Below are positions 42,904-53,152 of a stretch of DNA of 64,000 nt, piece after piece (position 1 is the stretch's first letter; the number at the start of each line of letters is the position of its first letter). Location of the stretch: IMG/VR virus record IMGVR_UViG_3300032293_002041, positions 164,973 through 228,972 of that record; one strand, given 5' to 3'. Below the pieces are notes generated by a model that was not told the DNA's origin, did not search any database, and was given only the letters and a program-made list of their open reading frames with translations. The position numbers were made by a program, and so were the translations under genes.

Positions 42904-43558
42904 AGTTATGTTCCCTGAGTATCTCTTGAATAACAGAGTGAAGTTTTAACATATCTGCTTTGTAAATTTTTTCACCATATTTAAGTCTAAGATATGTTTC
43001 TCTACATGATGACGGTATATGCTTGTCTAACAACTCTATAATTTGTTGATTAAATACCATGTCTGGAATTTCTGCTTGTTTTTTAGAGGGTGTTTCATGG
43101 ACTTCTTCCATCCCAACTGGTTTCATAATATTCTTTTTAGAGTTATTACGAGTCTCCCAAGCGGAAAATAGTTCGCATTCATTTTTATCAGTATACTCAG
43201 AACATTGATTAATCGACACTTTGCAGTGAGCATCATATAATGGACAACTTAAGCATGGTTTATCTGGCCTTTGGTAGTTGTCTCTTTTATAGTTGAACAG
43301 TCTATTTCGCACATGGGTCCAAAGAAAGTTTTCTAGTGGACGACTGTTATCATATTTTTCTAGTCCTTCAAGAGCAAAGATCGCAGCTTGCTGTTTCATG
43401 TCTTCAAAACTATGGTAACCAAATTTAAATTTATGTCCTAATCTTTTACTAATATTATCTAATACGGCTAAAAACTGATCTTCTGTGACCCCCTTTGGGA
43501 GTTTAGAGAGATTCTTCTTTTTCGGTGTTTTCTGTGTTTTCTGTGTTTTCTTGGTCAT
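42893..43558 (-). CDS. Phage sigma-70-family sigma factor with Cys-rich insertion
   Basis: EDMKQQA...LEKYD...NFLWTHVRNRLFNYKRD (region 2); CLSC...C...C...C insertion; region 4-like C-terminus. Confidence 0.75.
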   Translation of the reverse strand: MTKKTQKTQKTPKKKNLSKLPKGVTEDQFLAVLDNISKRLGHKFKFGYHSFEDMKQQAAIFALEGLEKYDNSRPLENFLWTHVRNRLFNYKRDNYQRPDKPCLSCPLYDAHCKVSINQCSEYTDKNECELFSAWETRNNSKKNIMKPVGMEEVHETPSKKQAEIPDMVFNQQIIELLDKHIPSSCRETYLRLKYGEKIYKADMLKLHSVIQEILREHNYEY

Positions 43559-43679
43559 ATATTAGTTGTGCTATGCTCTTTCCTTGAGGTAGTTTCAGGT
43601 CGTGATTTATATTAAGATCAGTACCAGAAGCTTTTACAGTCAATATGGAGGCTACAATATTCATTTCTGGATTACTCAT
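43503..43679 (-). CDS. Small hypothetical protein (MSNPEMNIVAS...)
   Basis: ATG at 43679 preceded by GGAG. Confidence 0.5.
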   Translation of the reverse strand: MSNPEMNIVASILTVKASGTDLNINHDLKLPQGKSIAQLIYDQENTENTENTEKEESL

Positions 43680-43714
43680 TTTTTCTCCTTGCACAAAACT
43701 TGCCAAACACTAAT

Positions 43715-43742
43715 ATAATAAAGTGTTTACACTTTTCGTCAA
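43715..43742 (-). promoter_or_regulatory. sigma70-like promoter for the sigma/packaging operon with a palindrome in the spacer
   Basis: Minus strand TTGACG-N16-TATTAT; AAAGTGT-TT-ACACTTT at 43720-43735. Confidence 0.5.
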
Positions 43743-43766
43743 CTTTAATTAGGAAAGTAATACTTT

Positions 43767-43991
43767 ATGGCAAATTATAAGAAGTGGACCAGTACTGAAA
43801 TTGATTATATACAGAGCAATCATACTCTGCTTTGTGACGAAGCTTTAGCTTCCAAGCTGAGTCAAATAACTGGTCAAAATGTAACAACAGCTATGGTTCG
43901 TCGTCAAAGAAGAAAGCTGGCTCTGAAGAAGGCCCGAGGACGACCAAAGAAGAATAAGATTATTGAGAATAATAGTGTTATTTCTAGTTGA
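43767..43991 (+). CDS. Small HTH (Myb/SANT-like) DNA-binding protein
   Basis: KKWTSTEIDYI...LASKLS...VTTAMVRRQRRKL; basic tail. Confidence 0.6.
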   Translation: MANYKKWTSTEIDYIQSNHTLLCDEALASKLSQITGQNVTTAMVRRQRRKLALKKARGRPKKNKIIENNSVISS

Positions 43992-44017
43992 TATTTTTTA
44001 ATTGTTATTCAATTAAT

Positions 44018-44058
44018 AATAGTTCCAGGTGGCATGATGCTGTCTGGAATTATTTTTT
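44018..44058 (+). terminator. Probable intrinsic terminator
   Basis: AATAGTTCCAG-GTGGCATGATGCTGT-CTGGAATTATT followed by a T-run. Confidence 0.55.
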
Positions 44059-44072
44059 GTAGTTAGGAAATT

Positions 44073-45020
44073 ATGGCTAATAAAATTGCAGTATTATTAT
44101 GGTTATATCATACTGACTTATGGGATGAGTTTTACTCAAAGCTATATCCTATTAAGGATCATATTCACCTGTATCTTGGATTAGAACAATCTTCTGATTC
44201 TGTGTCTATTGTCGATGTTGCTAAGGATTCTTTTCCTGATTTGCATATTTCCTTCCATGACAATTGCGGAGGAGATATTCTTCCGTTCGTACGACAAATA
44301 TCAAATCTACCAAAATCTCATGAGATATTTCTAAAATTACACTCTAAAAAAAGCAGCTTATGTAGATATGTCAATTGGAGATCGGTTTTATTGCAGAGCT
44401 ATATTGGGGATGGTGGTAGGTTTTTGAAAAATACTTCTAGGTTTCATGATCAAAGAACTGGATCCGTTTGTAATAAATCGCTACTAATGCATAATCATGA
44501 AAATACTAATTCAGCAAAAATTCAAGAATTATGTAGTATCTTGAATATAGATTATAACTCATATGGCAATGGAGACTTTTGTGCTGGTAGTATGTTCTTT
44601 GGGAGGACGAGTCTTTTTCAAAAGTATTTTAATAAAAATAGCATATTAGTATTAGAAAAGCTGTTAAGCGAAGAAAAGGGAAGGGTCGATGATAGAAAAG
44701 AAGGAAAGTATTGTCATAGCTTAGAAAGAATTTTTGGCTATTTGGTGAGAGATAGTAACTTAAATATAAAATACTCAATAGAAGATGCTGTTAAAATTCT
44801 TAATCCTCTTGCTCCTGATAAGAAGCTACATATGATTAGATTAGACAATAATGAATGCTATATACAAGAAGATACTTGTGTTTATGGTAATATCTTATCT
44901 GAAACAGATTCTTCAATAGTTATTAGATGGCTGCATTTAAAACCAGTAATAACTAGAGAATATAAAAAACTTAATAATAACACACTAGTAAAATTAAATG
45001 ACAAATCAATGGATATCTAG
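44073..45020 (+). CDS. Rhamnan synthesis protein F (RgpF)-family protein
   Basis: N.GGDILPF, FLKLHSKKS, WRS.LL, GSMFFGR, HSLERIFG. Confidence 0.8.
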   Translation: MANKIAVLLWLYHTDLWDEFYSKLYPIKDHIHLYLGLEQSSDSVSIVDVAKDSFPDLHISFHDNCGGDILPFVRQISNLPKSHEIFLKLHSKKSSLCRYVNWRSVLLQSYIGDGGRFLKNTSRFHDQRTGSVCNKSLLMHNHENTNSAKIQELCSILNIDYNSYGNGDFCAGSMFFGRTSLFQKYFNKNSILVLEKLLSEEKGRVDDRKEGKYCHSLERIFGYLVRDSNLNIKYSIEDAVKILNPLAPDKKLHMIRLDNNECYIQEDTCVYGNILSETDSSIVIRWLHLKPVITREYKKLNNNTLVKLNDKSMDI

Positions 45021-45870
45021 TAGTTATACTAAAAGAAAAGTGAATGAATTATGCTATCTAATCCCATCAGATTTTGATTGGGAGTTTTATATAGAAGCAC
45101 ATAAAGATTTACAAATAGCTGGAATAAAAGATGAACAAGCTGCTATGGAGCACTATGTCTTGTTTGGAGCAGCGGAACACAGAATTTCTGCTAGACAAGA
45201 CTATTATTTAGATGATATTATTAATCTTTATGATCAGCGAGATAGTGCTATCGTAGTATTTATACAGTGGTATAAGGCCGACGAAGAAACAAAAAATAAT
45301 ATGATATATTGTTTGAAGAAAAATATAATAAATAAGCATATAAAAACTGTTCATATCTTCGAAGAGAGTTGCTTAGATTTTATGGATTATTTGGATAAAG
45401 ATGAGATGCTAAAGGTCAAATATTCTAATGTATCTAGTAGATTAACCTATAAGGGATGGCTGGACTACTCTATAAAACAATATCCAAAAGACATAAAAGT
45501 ATTAATCAATTCTGATATCTATTTAGATGATAAAATTAGCATATTAAAGAAACTATTGTGGCGACACGATATTATGTATGCCTCGTCCAGGATAGATCAG
45601 GCAAAGTCTGGAGACTTAATAGAAAGCAGAGAAACTTTTGAAGAAAATTCTCCTCCAATAAATCCGTTATATTCTCAGGATTGTTGGATTTTTAGAGATA
45701 GGTTGATCGATTTTGATGCTGACTACTATTTAGGATATGAGAATTGTGATCGCAAGCTTAGGGAAAGTCTGGTATCTTCTGGTGGAAAGCTTGTGAATCT
45801 TTACAAGTTAATAAATTGCATACATGTTGATTACAGAGCTAAAAAAAATAGAAATAGATACGAGCTATAG
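44998..45870 (+). CDS. Putative glycosyltransferase-like protein with N-terminal FDWEFY...HY..G module
   Basis: FDWEFYIEAHKDL...AAMEHYVLFG; INSDIY; QDCWIF. Confidence 0.5.
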   Translation: MTNQWISSSYTKRKVNELCYLIPSDFDWEFYIEAHKDLQIAGIKDEQAAMEHYVLFGAAEHRISARQDYYLDDIINLYDQRDSAIVVFIQWYKADEETKNNMIYCLKKNIINKHIKTVHIFEESCLDFMDYLDKDEMLKVKYSNVSSRLTYKGWLDYSIKQYPKDIKVLINSDIYLDDKISILKKLLWRHDIMYASSRIDQAKSGDLIESRETFEENSPPINPLYSQDCWIFRDRLIDFDADYYLGYENCDRKLRESLVSSGGKLVNLYKLINCIHVDYRAKKNRNRYEL

Positions 45871-46554
45871 CTTAACTGGTTTTTCTATTTGAATAAAATT
45901 GCTCCTAGTCTGGTATTTATTTTGATCAAAATGATCCCATAATCCATTGTGATAATGTACCAACTTAAACTGTTTCCATTCATTGCTGGAAAAGTTTTCG
46001 CAGCATACTGCCTTTTTAGGAAATTCAATTGGGGATTTAGTTCTTCTATTTATGTGCATATCGCTTATATCTTTTGGTTGATTATTTTTTGCTTGTAGAG
46101 ATAAAATTTCATCAACTATACTATCTTGTTTATATGCTGAGATCAAACCATCAATAATTTTATTATGACCTTTTATGGTTGAGAATCCACAAGATCCTAT
46201 ATTGTCAATAAATACTGGATCTTTGTTTGTTAGCTTAACCATATCATCTGGAGAGAATCCGTAATTCATAACGTCATAATCGCTCCATGCTCCATCAAAA
46301 AGACCGTAGGCGAACCATCGAGAATAACATAATTCTAAATACTCGTATCCGTTAATTGAATATTTATAGAGATTAGAGGAATAATCCTTTAGATCCAATT
46401 GATCATAAAAAGGATGTTTCTTTGAGTCGTCTAGAGAAAGAACTATGGGATCCCATCCATTATCTGACCATGACTTTTCCCAAAGCTCTATGAGCTTACA
46501 AGAATCTCTGCTAAACTCTGTATCTAGAGATTGATAAAAACAAGTAATTTGCAT
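45865..46554 (-). CDS. Putative glycosyltransferase-like protein
   Basis: W.KSW..NGW.P, CYSRWFAY, SDYDV, LVHY; ATG at 46554 avoids overlap with the upstream gene. Confidence 0.45.
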   Translation of the reverse strand: MQITCFYQSLDTEFSRDSCKLIELWEKSWSDNGWDPIVLSLDDSKKHPFYDQLDLKDYSSNLYKYSINGYEYLELCYSRWFAYGLFDGAWSDYDVMNYGFSPDDMVKLTNKDPVFIDNIGSCGFSTIKGHNKIIDGLISAYKQDSIVDEILSLQAKNNQPKDISDMHINRRTKSPIEFPKKAVCCENFSSNEWKQFKLVHYHNGLWDHFDQNKYQTRSNFIQIEKPVKL

Positions 46555-46555
46555 A

Positions 46556-47641
46556 TTATTTTTTATGAATAATGTAATAGTTGTATAGTCTTTGTATCTG
46601 TTCGATTGAAAGACGCTGGTCAGCACTTGTGCTAAAGTTTCCAATTAATTTGTTTGGCAGATAGTTTCTATTGATGAATTTCCATAATAATATATCTTCT
46701 GGACTGTCTATATGACTATTTATGTTATTGTCTATGAAAATTTTTATTCCATAGTCATAGGCCAGATCGGGCATTCCGTCTTGGATTTTCTTCAATATAA
46801 ATATCTTGGCAAAATTGATAAATGTTTGAAGATTATGATTTCCTGTTGCATATAATGCTGTTCCTCCGTTTATGTGGGTCATCATGTAAGAGGAGGCCTT
46901 GCATGGGATTATTCCATCGTATATGGATCCCGATATCCAAAAACCATTAGAGTTTAATACAAAGTTTTTAAGTTTATCTAACCAACCATTTGTAAAAAAA
47001 CAGTCTGTTTCTAATAAAAGAGTGGTATTGTGTTTTTGGCATAACTCTATAGCTTTAAAAAACATAATATTTGGCCCGGACTTTGTTCCATACTCTGGTA
47101 TTTTATCCAGAATCAATTCTGAATTTTTTATATATAAGTCTTCTTCTGGAGATAGTTTCAAATTAATAATATTGATATTGTTAAATATAGGATCTAGAAT
47201 ATGAATTTGTAATCTACTTGTCTCGACTTCTTGATTCAGTAGAATTATAAAAGATATATCCTTAGCTTCTTCTGGTTTAGTGTTTTCTTTTATTCTATTA
47301 ATTAAACTACTATAAGAACCATCTAAGATCTCTCTGGTAGTTAAAAGTAAGCATATGCATTCTAACTTATTTGAAGCAAACTTCATTTCTGTTAACGACA
47401 TATGAGTTAAAAGAGATGTATTATCTATTTCCTTAATTTCTTTCTCTTCTATATTTTTAAATCTATTTTCTTTCTTCCCAAATTTGTAATAGTGGTTGTA
47501 CAACCTTTCTTTAAGAGAGGTGTTCGATAGATACTTGCAATATGACAAGGTGTCTGGGTATTCTGAAGCATAGAATTCATAATCAAAAGAACTATCTATG
47601 TGGTCTTCCGATATCCACACTTTGTGAGAATTATTTGTCAT
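46556..47641 (-). CDS. Putative glycosyltransferase-like protein with N-terminal FDYEFY...YPD module
   Basis: FDYEFYASEYPD...LYNHYYKFG; LLETDCF; HINGGTALY. Confidence 0.5.
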   Translation of the reverse strand: MTNNSHKVWISEDHIDSSFDYEFYASEYPDTLSYCKYLSNTSLKERLYNHYYKFGKKENRFKNIEEKEIKEIDNTSLLTHMSLTEMKFASNKLECICLLLTTREILDGSYSSLINRIKENTKPEEAKDISFIILLNQEVETSRLQIHILDPIFNNINIINLKLSPEEDLYIKNSELILDKIPEYGTKSGPNIMFFKAIELCQKHNTTLLLETDCFFTNGWLDKLKNFVLNSNGFWISGSIYDGIIPCKASSYMMTHINGGTALYATGNHNLQTFINFAKIFILKKIQDGMPDLAYDYGIKIFIDNNINSHIDSPEDILLWKFINRNYLPNKLIGNFSTSADQRLSIEQIQRLYNYYIIHKK

Positions 47642-47732
47642 TTGAGCAATTATTCTTGCCTGAGATATGAAATTGATTACTATATTATAGCAATAATCTT
47701 TATTCTGTCAAAAGAGTTAATGGTTGACTAGC

Positions 47733-50066
47733 ATGGATATTCTTACTTTTTATCAAAACCATAAAATAAACAAAGACTTTGATGAGATACTATATCAATC
47801 GAGATATCCTGAGACTATAGATTTTTATCAACCTTATTGTAATGAAAATAATATAAATGATAAGCACAGACTATATTTTCATTACCATTTATATGGTAAA
47901 CAGACAAAAACCCATAGTGGTTTTAATAGACTAATAGATTTTTACCTATTCAATAAGATTGATGAATTTTTTGATGAAATTCTATATCAAAGTATGTATC
48001 CAGAAACAAAAGACTTCTATCAGCCAGAATGCCGTAATAATGATATAGATGAAAAACATAGGCTATATTTTCATTTTAAAAACTACAACAGAAATGCTTT
48101 TCAAAAAATAGATGATTATTGTCTTGTAGAAGAATGTTCTAGTATTTCTAATTATGGAGTTCATTTATTTCCATATGAGTCAACAGAATTACAGGATGTT
48201 TCTGCTAGACAAAGTACCGCAATCAATTCATATGTATCACACAAAATACCAGAGATACAAATTATTAGCTTTGGTAAAAATAATCCTAATATATCAGATG
48301 TAGAGTATGTATCAATTAAGGACATAAATCATCAAGGAATAAAATGCGATAGAGACTATTACTTTTTAGGAGATATACTGGAGTACGGCTTAACTATTAC
48401 AAAGCCTGACGACTATATCATATATACGAATTCAGACTGCTTTATTAAAGATAGGTTTTATAGTTTCATATTAACTAGTAGCTATGACTATATTGAATTT
48501 TTTAGACTAGAAACAACAAATGATAGAATCATTGGTCAAAACAAGGATGGTATAGATGGCTTTGCTATTAAACATAGTTTATTACAAAAGCTATTTGATA
48601 AAAATATTCTACCCAAAGATCTGATTCTTGGCGCCCCTTACTGGGATGCTATTGTTTCAAGCATAGCTAGAAAATATATAGATAATAAGTATCAAGATAC
48701 TAGCAGATTGTATCATACTAAACATATCCCCAGATGGAGCTTTGGAGAACTGGACTATGCTGGCAAGCATAATCTTTCTATACTGAATAAAATATACGAT
48801 AGTGGTATTATTAATTGTAGAAAAGCTGAAATAAAATCTGATAATTTAGTAATTAGGATATTTGATAGTAAAACAAATTTTGTTGATGCTAAAAAAATAA
48901 TCTCTAATGAAAGATTTGGAAATAATAAAATAAAAACATTTGACTATAACTATTTATTTCTTCAAAAGGGTATTTCTCTTTTGACTGATGAAAATCTAGG
49001 AACCACTGCTGGAACTCGGTATTTAGTTAATGAAAGCAATATTCAATCAGTTATAGATGAAGAGTTAAGTAAATACAAGAGATACGTTATACTAGAAGAA
49101 AATCAGCAACTATGTGAATCCACACAGTTTATTCCTTCTCAAAAAGATCCGGTGTTAGGAATAGTTCTATGCTTTTTTGGAAATGATGATCTTAGAATTA
49201 AATCAGTAAAAAGAGCCCTGGTGGAATTTCAAAAACAAACTATTTGGAAAAAATCTAAAGTAGTTTTTATAGAGTTGATAGATAATGGTATTAGTAATTT
49301 TGATTTTTCAGATCACGCTAATGTATCTCATTTACAAATAAAATCTAAAGAATCAAATAAAAACTTGTTCCAGAAAGAGTGTCTTTGGAATATAGGAGCT
49401 AATTATATATCAAAAAGCGTGGATAATTTCATTTTTATAGACGCTGATACTTTTCCTCAACATAAAAAACTGTTTGCTAAAACCAACAAAATATTACGTC
49501 ACGATCCAAACACAGTATTTCAACTTGGTAACTGTTTGATTACCCAAAAAGAAGATGGAGAAATCACAAGACTTCAATGGTTATGGAATAGTTTCTCTAA
49601 GCTTAAAGCTACAGAGTCCTATTGTTTTAATCCCTGCGGAGGATTTGGAATTTCTAAGAAAGTATTTAATCAAATAAATGGATTCAATCCATATGGATTA
49701 TTATACGGTGGAGACATATTATTTGTTTATGAAATAGATAAAAGGTCTCGTGTTATATGGAATTACGAGATGAATTATATGAATATATTTAAGAATATGA
49801 GTAGAGAGTTAGACACTAGGAATATTATTGTCAAAAATGAAGAGTCTCCATTGATTCATTGTTGGCATGGAGATCACGAACAAAGACCATATCGAATCTG
49901 GGGATTAGTATTCAACGAACTAGAATTTAATAAAGACGAAATAAGACTTGATGAGGATGGGCTGTTATCTTGGTCTGATGATGAAAGTCAATTAAAATAT
50001 AGCAAGTTTTTTCAAAATAAGAAACACATTACAGATATCAAAACTCATAGAAAACTATATTTATGA
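47733..50066 (+). CDS. Multidomain glycosyltransferase with two N-terminal FDEILY..YPE repeats
   Basis: Duplicated FDEILYQS.YPET.DFYQP.C..N.I..KHRLYFH; YTNSDC; FIFIDAD (DxD); FQKECLWNIG. Confidence 0.6.
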   Translation: MDILTFYQNHKINKDFDEILYQSRYPETIDFYQPYCNENNINDKHRLYFHYHLYGKQTKTHSGFNRLIDFYLFNKIDEFFDEILYQSMYPETKDFYQPECRNNDIDEKHRLYFHFKNYNRNAFQKIDDYCLVEECSSISNYGVHLFPYESTELQDVSARQSTAINSYVSHKIPEIQIISFGKNNPNISDVEYVSIKDINHQGIKCDRDYYFLGDILEYGLTITKPDDYIIYTNSDCFIKDRFYSFILTSSYDYIEFFRLETTNDRIIGQNKDGIDGFAIKHSLLQKLFDKNILPKDLILGAPYWDAIVSSIARKYIDNKYQDTSRLYHTKHIPRWSFGELDYAGKHNLSILNKIYDSGIINCRKAEIKSDNLVIRIFDSKTNFVDAKKIISNERFGNNKIKTFDYNYLFLQKGISLLTDENLGTTAGTRYLVNESNIQSVIDEELSKYKRYVILEENQQLCESTQFIPSQKDPVLGIVLCFFGNDDLRIKSVKRALVEFQKQTIWKKSKVVFIELIDNGISNFDFSDHANVSHLQIKSKESNKNLFQKECLWNIGANYISKSVDNFIFIDADTFPQHKKLFAKTNKILRHDPNTVFQLGNCLITQKEDGEITRLQWLWNSFSKLKATESYCFNPCGGFGISKKVFNQINGFNPYGLLYGGDILFVYEIDKRSRVIWNYEMNYMNIFKNMSRELDTRNIIVKNEESPLIHCWHGDHEQRPYRIWGLVFNELEFNKDEIRLDEDGLLSWSDDESQLKYSKFFQNKKHITDIKTHRKLYL

Positions 50067-50815
50067 ATATTGTAACCGTATTTGATTATGATTTGAAAGA
50101 CATTAATAATCAGACTATGCTAAGGATGTTTCTTGGAGGCATTTTAGAGCATTGCCTTAATTTTCCATACAAGATATGGATTATTACTAGTCAAGTTGAT
50201 GCTATAGATAGTATGTTTAATAGTTCTTCGATAAGAACAATAAGAGCAAAAAACAATAAATATGATATTCCGTCAAACATGCCCAATATCAAATATAAGC
50301 TATATAATTTATGTAATTTAAATTTTGAGTTTATCTATTTAGATTGTGATACGTATGTTAATAGTGATTTGTCTTATCTTTGGGATAAAAGAAAAGATAA
50401 GCCATTCACATCAACTGTGCATCAAAAAAATATCGAAGGACATACTTCAGATAAAAGTGACTTTATGAACTCTGGATTGCAAATAGTCTCAGACCCGGAC
50501 TTTTTGGATTATGACAAACTCTATGAACTTGCACAACAACTAAACTTTAAGTTTGACGTGCCAGGCACAGACCAGGCATTGCTAGATGTTTATTGTAGAA
50601 AAATAGGATACAATTTTGTTCATAAAGACATAGGGTGTGAATACAATTCTTGTGCTGGCTATGGATTAGTTGATATTGATGATGAATATAACTTCAATAT
50701 TACCTATAAAAATAAAGATACAGAGTATGCGGTAAAAATTAATCATTACTGGAATGAGTTCAAACCATGGGTGATAAATTGTCCTATTTTCAAATTTTAT
50801 AAAGAGACTATTTAG
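50063..50815 (+). CDS. Glycosyltransferase family 8-like
   Basis: IYLDCD, MNSG, DQALL, YN, KINHY. Confidence 0.75.
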   Translation: MNIVTVFDYDLKDINNQTMLRMFLGGILEHCLNFPYKIWIITSQVDAIDSMFNSSSIRTIRAKNNKYDIPSNMPNIKYKLYNLCNLNFEFIYLDCDTYVNSDLSYLWDKRKDKPFTSTVHQKNIEGHTSDKSDFMNSGLQIVSDPDFLDYDKLYELAQQLNFKFDVPGTDQALLDVYCRKIGYNFVHKDIGCEYNSCAGYGLVDIDDEYNFNITYKNKDTEYAVKINHYWNEFKPWVINCPIFKFYKETI

Positions 50816-51726
50816 TGTTAGAAATATTATTAAATGAATATGCAGATACTAATAGATACATAAACAATATCAAACATAATTATGTTTTACCCAATAATGA
50901 TATCTCAAGTATTTTTTTCTACAGAATAGATTGCTTAGGAGGAGTTCCGCTAGTAGTTTTTTTATACGATGTTTACGGATTAGACGGCATTGAAAGATAC
51001 AAAAAAATATCTTTAAATCATTGTTTGCATATTCATAATGGAATTTATCCTTTAGATGCTACTATTATAGAAAGTTTTTGTAAGTATTATGTAGAAACTC
51101 TTAAAAACTGTACTTACATAGGATGCTGGGATAAGGGATATATTCCAGAGTTATATTTAATAGATAAATACTGTAAAGGTAAGGCTGTGGACAAGCCATA
51201 TAATAGTGGTCACGAAGGAAACACCATTTGGTTCAATAAAGACAACTGGTATGAAAAACTAAGAGATAAAAAAATACTAGTAATATCTAGTCATTGTGAA
51301 TCCATGAAACAACAGTGGCTATCCAATAGCTTATTTAAAAGCCACAACAAGAACATCAAAAACGAAGAAACTGGGGTTGAGCTAGTTTTTGTTAAGCCCC
51401 CAATGTCTGCCTGTGGATTGTCTCCAAATGCCTCCTGGATTGAGAGCTTGGATATTTTTAAAAAAGATGTTGATATGGCGCTACAAACTTTTGATTTAGA
51501 TTTGGCCCTAGTTAGTTGCGGAGGATACAGCGCCCCGATATGTAACTATATTCATAGCAAATATAATAAAAGTGTATTTTATATTGGAGGAGCTTTGCAG
51601 TTATATTTTAGTATTATTGGTAATAGATGGATCAAACAACCATTTATAAACGAATATTGGACTAGGCTCTCTGAAGATGAAATACCAAATAATTTCAAGT
51701 CAATAGAAAACGGATGTTATTTTTAA
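50815..51726 (+). CDS. Putative GT-D-fold-like glycosyltransferase
   Basis: KKILVISS, DLALVSCGGY, IGGALQLYF.I.GNRW; GTG start. Confidence 0.5.
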   Translation: MLEILLNEYADTNRYINNIKHNYVLPNNDISSIFFYRIDCLGGVPLVVFLYDVYGLDGIERYKKISLNHCLHIHNGIYPLDATIIESFCKYYVETLKNCTYIGCWDKGYIPELYLIDKYCKGKAVDKPYNSGHEGNTIWFNKDNWYEKLRDKKILVISSHCESMKQQWLSNSLFKSHNKNIKNEETGVELVFVKPPMSACGLSPNASWIESLDIFKKDVDMALQTFDLDLALVSCGGYSAPICNYIHSKYNKSVFYIGGALQLYFSIIGNRWIKQPFINEYWTRLSEDEIPNNFKSIENGCYF

Positions 51727-51733
51727 CAAAAAT

Positions 51734-52249
51734 ATGAATACTATTTATGAACCATATTGGTTTAATTATCAAGATTTTTATAAGTTTGTTAGTACACACA
51801 ACTATAAAACATTTGTAGAACTTGGCGTATGGCTTGGACATTCTGTTAGTTTTTTAGCGAAGCACTTGGAATATGGTTCTGTTATTTATGCTATTGACCT
51901 ATTCGATGATAGTTACGCCCATAAGAACTATGATCATTTAAATGGGTTAAGATATGAGTTATTTAAGAAAAATACAGCAGAGTATAAACATATAATAAAA
52001 CCTATACACTCTTGTAGTTGGGTCGCCGCAGATATGTTCGAAAATCAGTCTGTAGATTTCGTGTTTATAGATGCTGATCACTCTTACGAGTCAGTATGTA
52101 AGGACATAGACGGTTGGTTGAGCAAGATAAAAAAGGGAGGCATCTTGGCTGGGCACGATTATTTTAATGCAGACGGCGTAAAGCTAGCTGTAGATACAAA
52201 ACTAAATGACGTTAAAATATATGGTTCTTGTTGGTATAAATATATTTAA
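51734..52249 (+). CDS. Class I SAM-dependent methyltransferase (Methyltransf_24-like)
   Basis: VELGVWLG.S, DFVFIDADHSYE.V..DI..W..K.K.GG.LAGHDY. Confidence 0.85.
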   Translation: MNTIYEPYWFNYQDFYKFVSTHNYKTFVELGVWLGHSVSFLAKHLEYGSVIYAIDLFDDSYAHKNYDHLNGLRYELFKKNTAEYKHIIKPIHSCSWVAADMFENQSVDFVFIDADHSYESVCKDIDGWLSKIKKGGILAGHDYFNADGVKLAVDTKLNDVKIYGSCWYKYI

Positions 52250-52266
52250 CTTTTAAGTGATTAATT

Positions 52267-53148
52267 ATGGACAAAATACTATGGCATTACTTTTGTAGAA
52301 ATTTTTTAAACGATAAATACACAAAATATTTATTGATTAGCATTCATAGTTTAATAGAAACCGGTAAAGTTGACCCAAAAGATATTTTCATTTCTTTGGA
52401 TGGGCCACCAAATTTTGAAAACACGTATCTGCAAAAAATTATGGATTATGGAGTGAATATAACAAATGCGCCAAGATACAAAAATCATTCTAAAGCTACC
52501 AATCTATGCAGAGTTATAAAAGAAAATAGGGATATTGATAAAATAGTTCAAATTGATTGTGATACAATCATTACAGATAGCGACATTATTAATAAGATAT
52601 CAGATTTGGATGGAGCAGTAAATCATACTACAATAAACTGGCCAATTGCCAAGGTATTTGATAGTAGAGACGGATTGAAACATCCAACTTTTGGAGCAGA
52701 ACATTTTGTTGGGTCATCTGATCATTCTAGAAATTTATTGTTCTCTATTCGCAAGAACAATCAAGCACGATATGAGGCTTTTAAAGATTTTATGGAGCTA
52801 ATGTTCGACATGGACTTGGAAGCTACTATAGAAAAGTTAAAGACTGAAAGTAGAATGTTTGTGGGATATGCTTTTGTATTGAGTCCTAAGATTATACCGG
52901 AAAAATTTTTAAAGTTCATTTCAATATTAGACTTATTCTTCGGTGATGACGAGATGATATTTACTCTGGCTAGAGAGTATTGCGGTATTGAATATCATGA
53001 TATTAATAAAAATGGGAGAATAGTAACTGGGGCTGTTACCATGGAGGATTTTAATAGATATAAAGGAATAGTACATTTTCCAGTAAAAGATGAAGAAATT
53101 ATAGAACCAATAAATAAAATGGCTGAAGAAATATTGTGTGAGGAATAG
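52267..53148 (+). CDS. Putative glycosyltransferase-like protein
   Basis: VQIDCD (DxD), GDDE, IVHF; cluster context. Confidence 0.4.
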   Translation: MDKILWHYFCRNFLNDKYTKYLLISIHSLIETGKVDPKDIFISLDGPPNFENTYLQKIMDYGVNITNAPRYKNHSKATNLCRVIKENRDIDKIVQIDCDTIITDSDIINKISDLDGAVNHTTINWPIAKVFDSRDGLKHPTFGAEHFVGSSDHSRNLLFSIRKNNQARYEAFKDFMELMFDMDLEATIEKLKTESRMFVGYAFVLSPKIIPEKFLKFISILDLFFGDDEMIFTLAREYCGIEYHDINKNGRIVTGAVTMEDFNRYKGIVHFPVKDEEIIEPINKMAEEILCEE

Positions 53149-53152
53149 TAAT

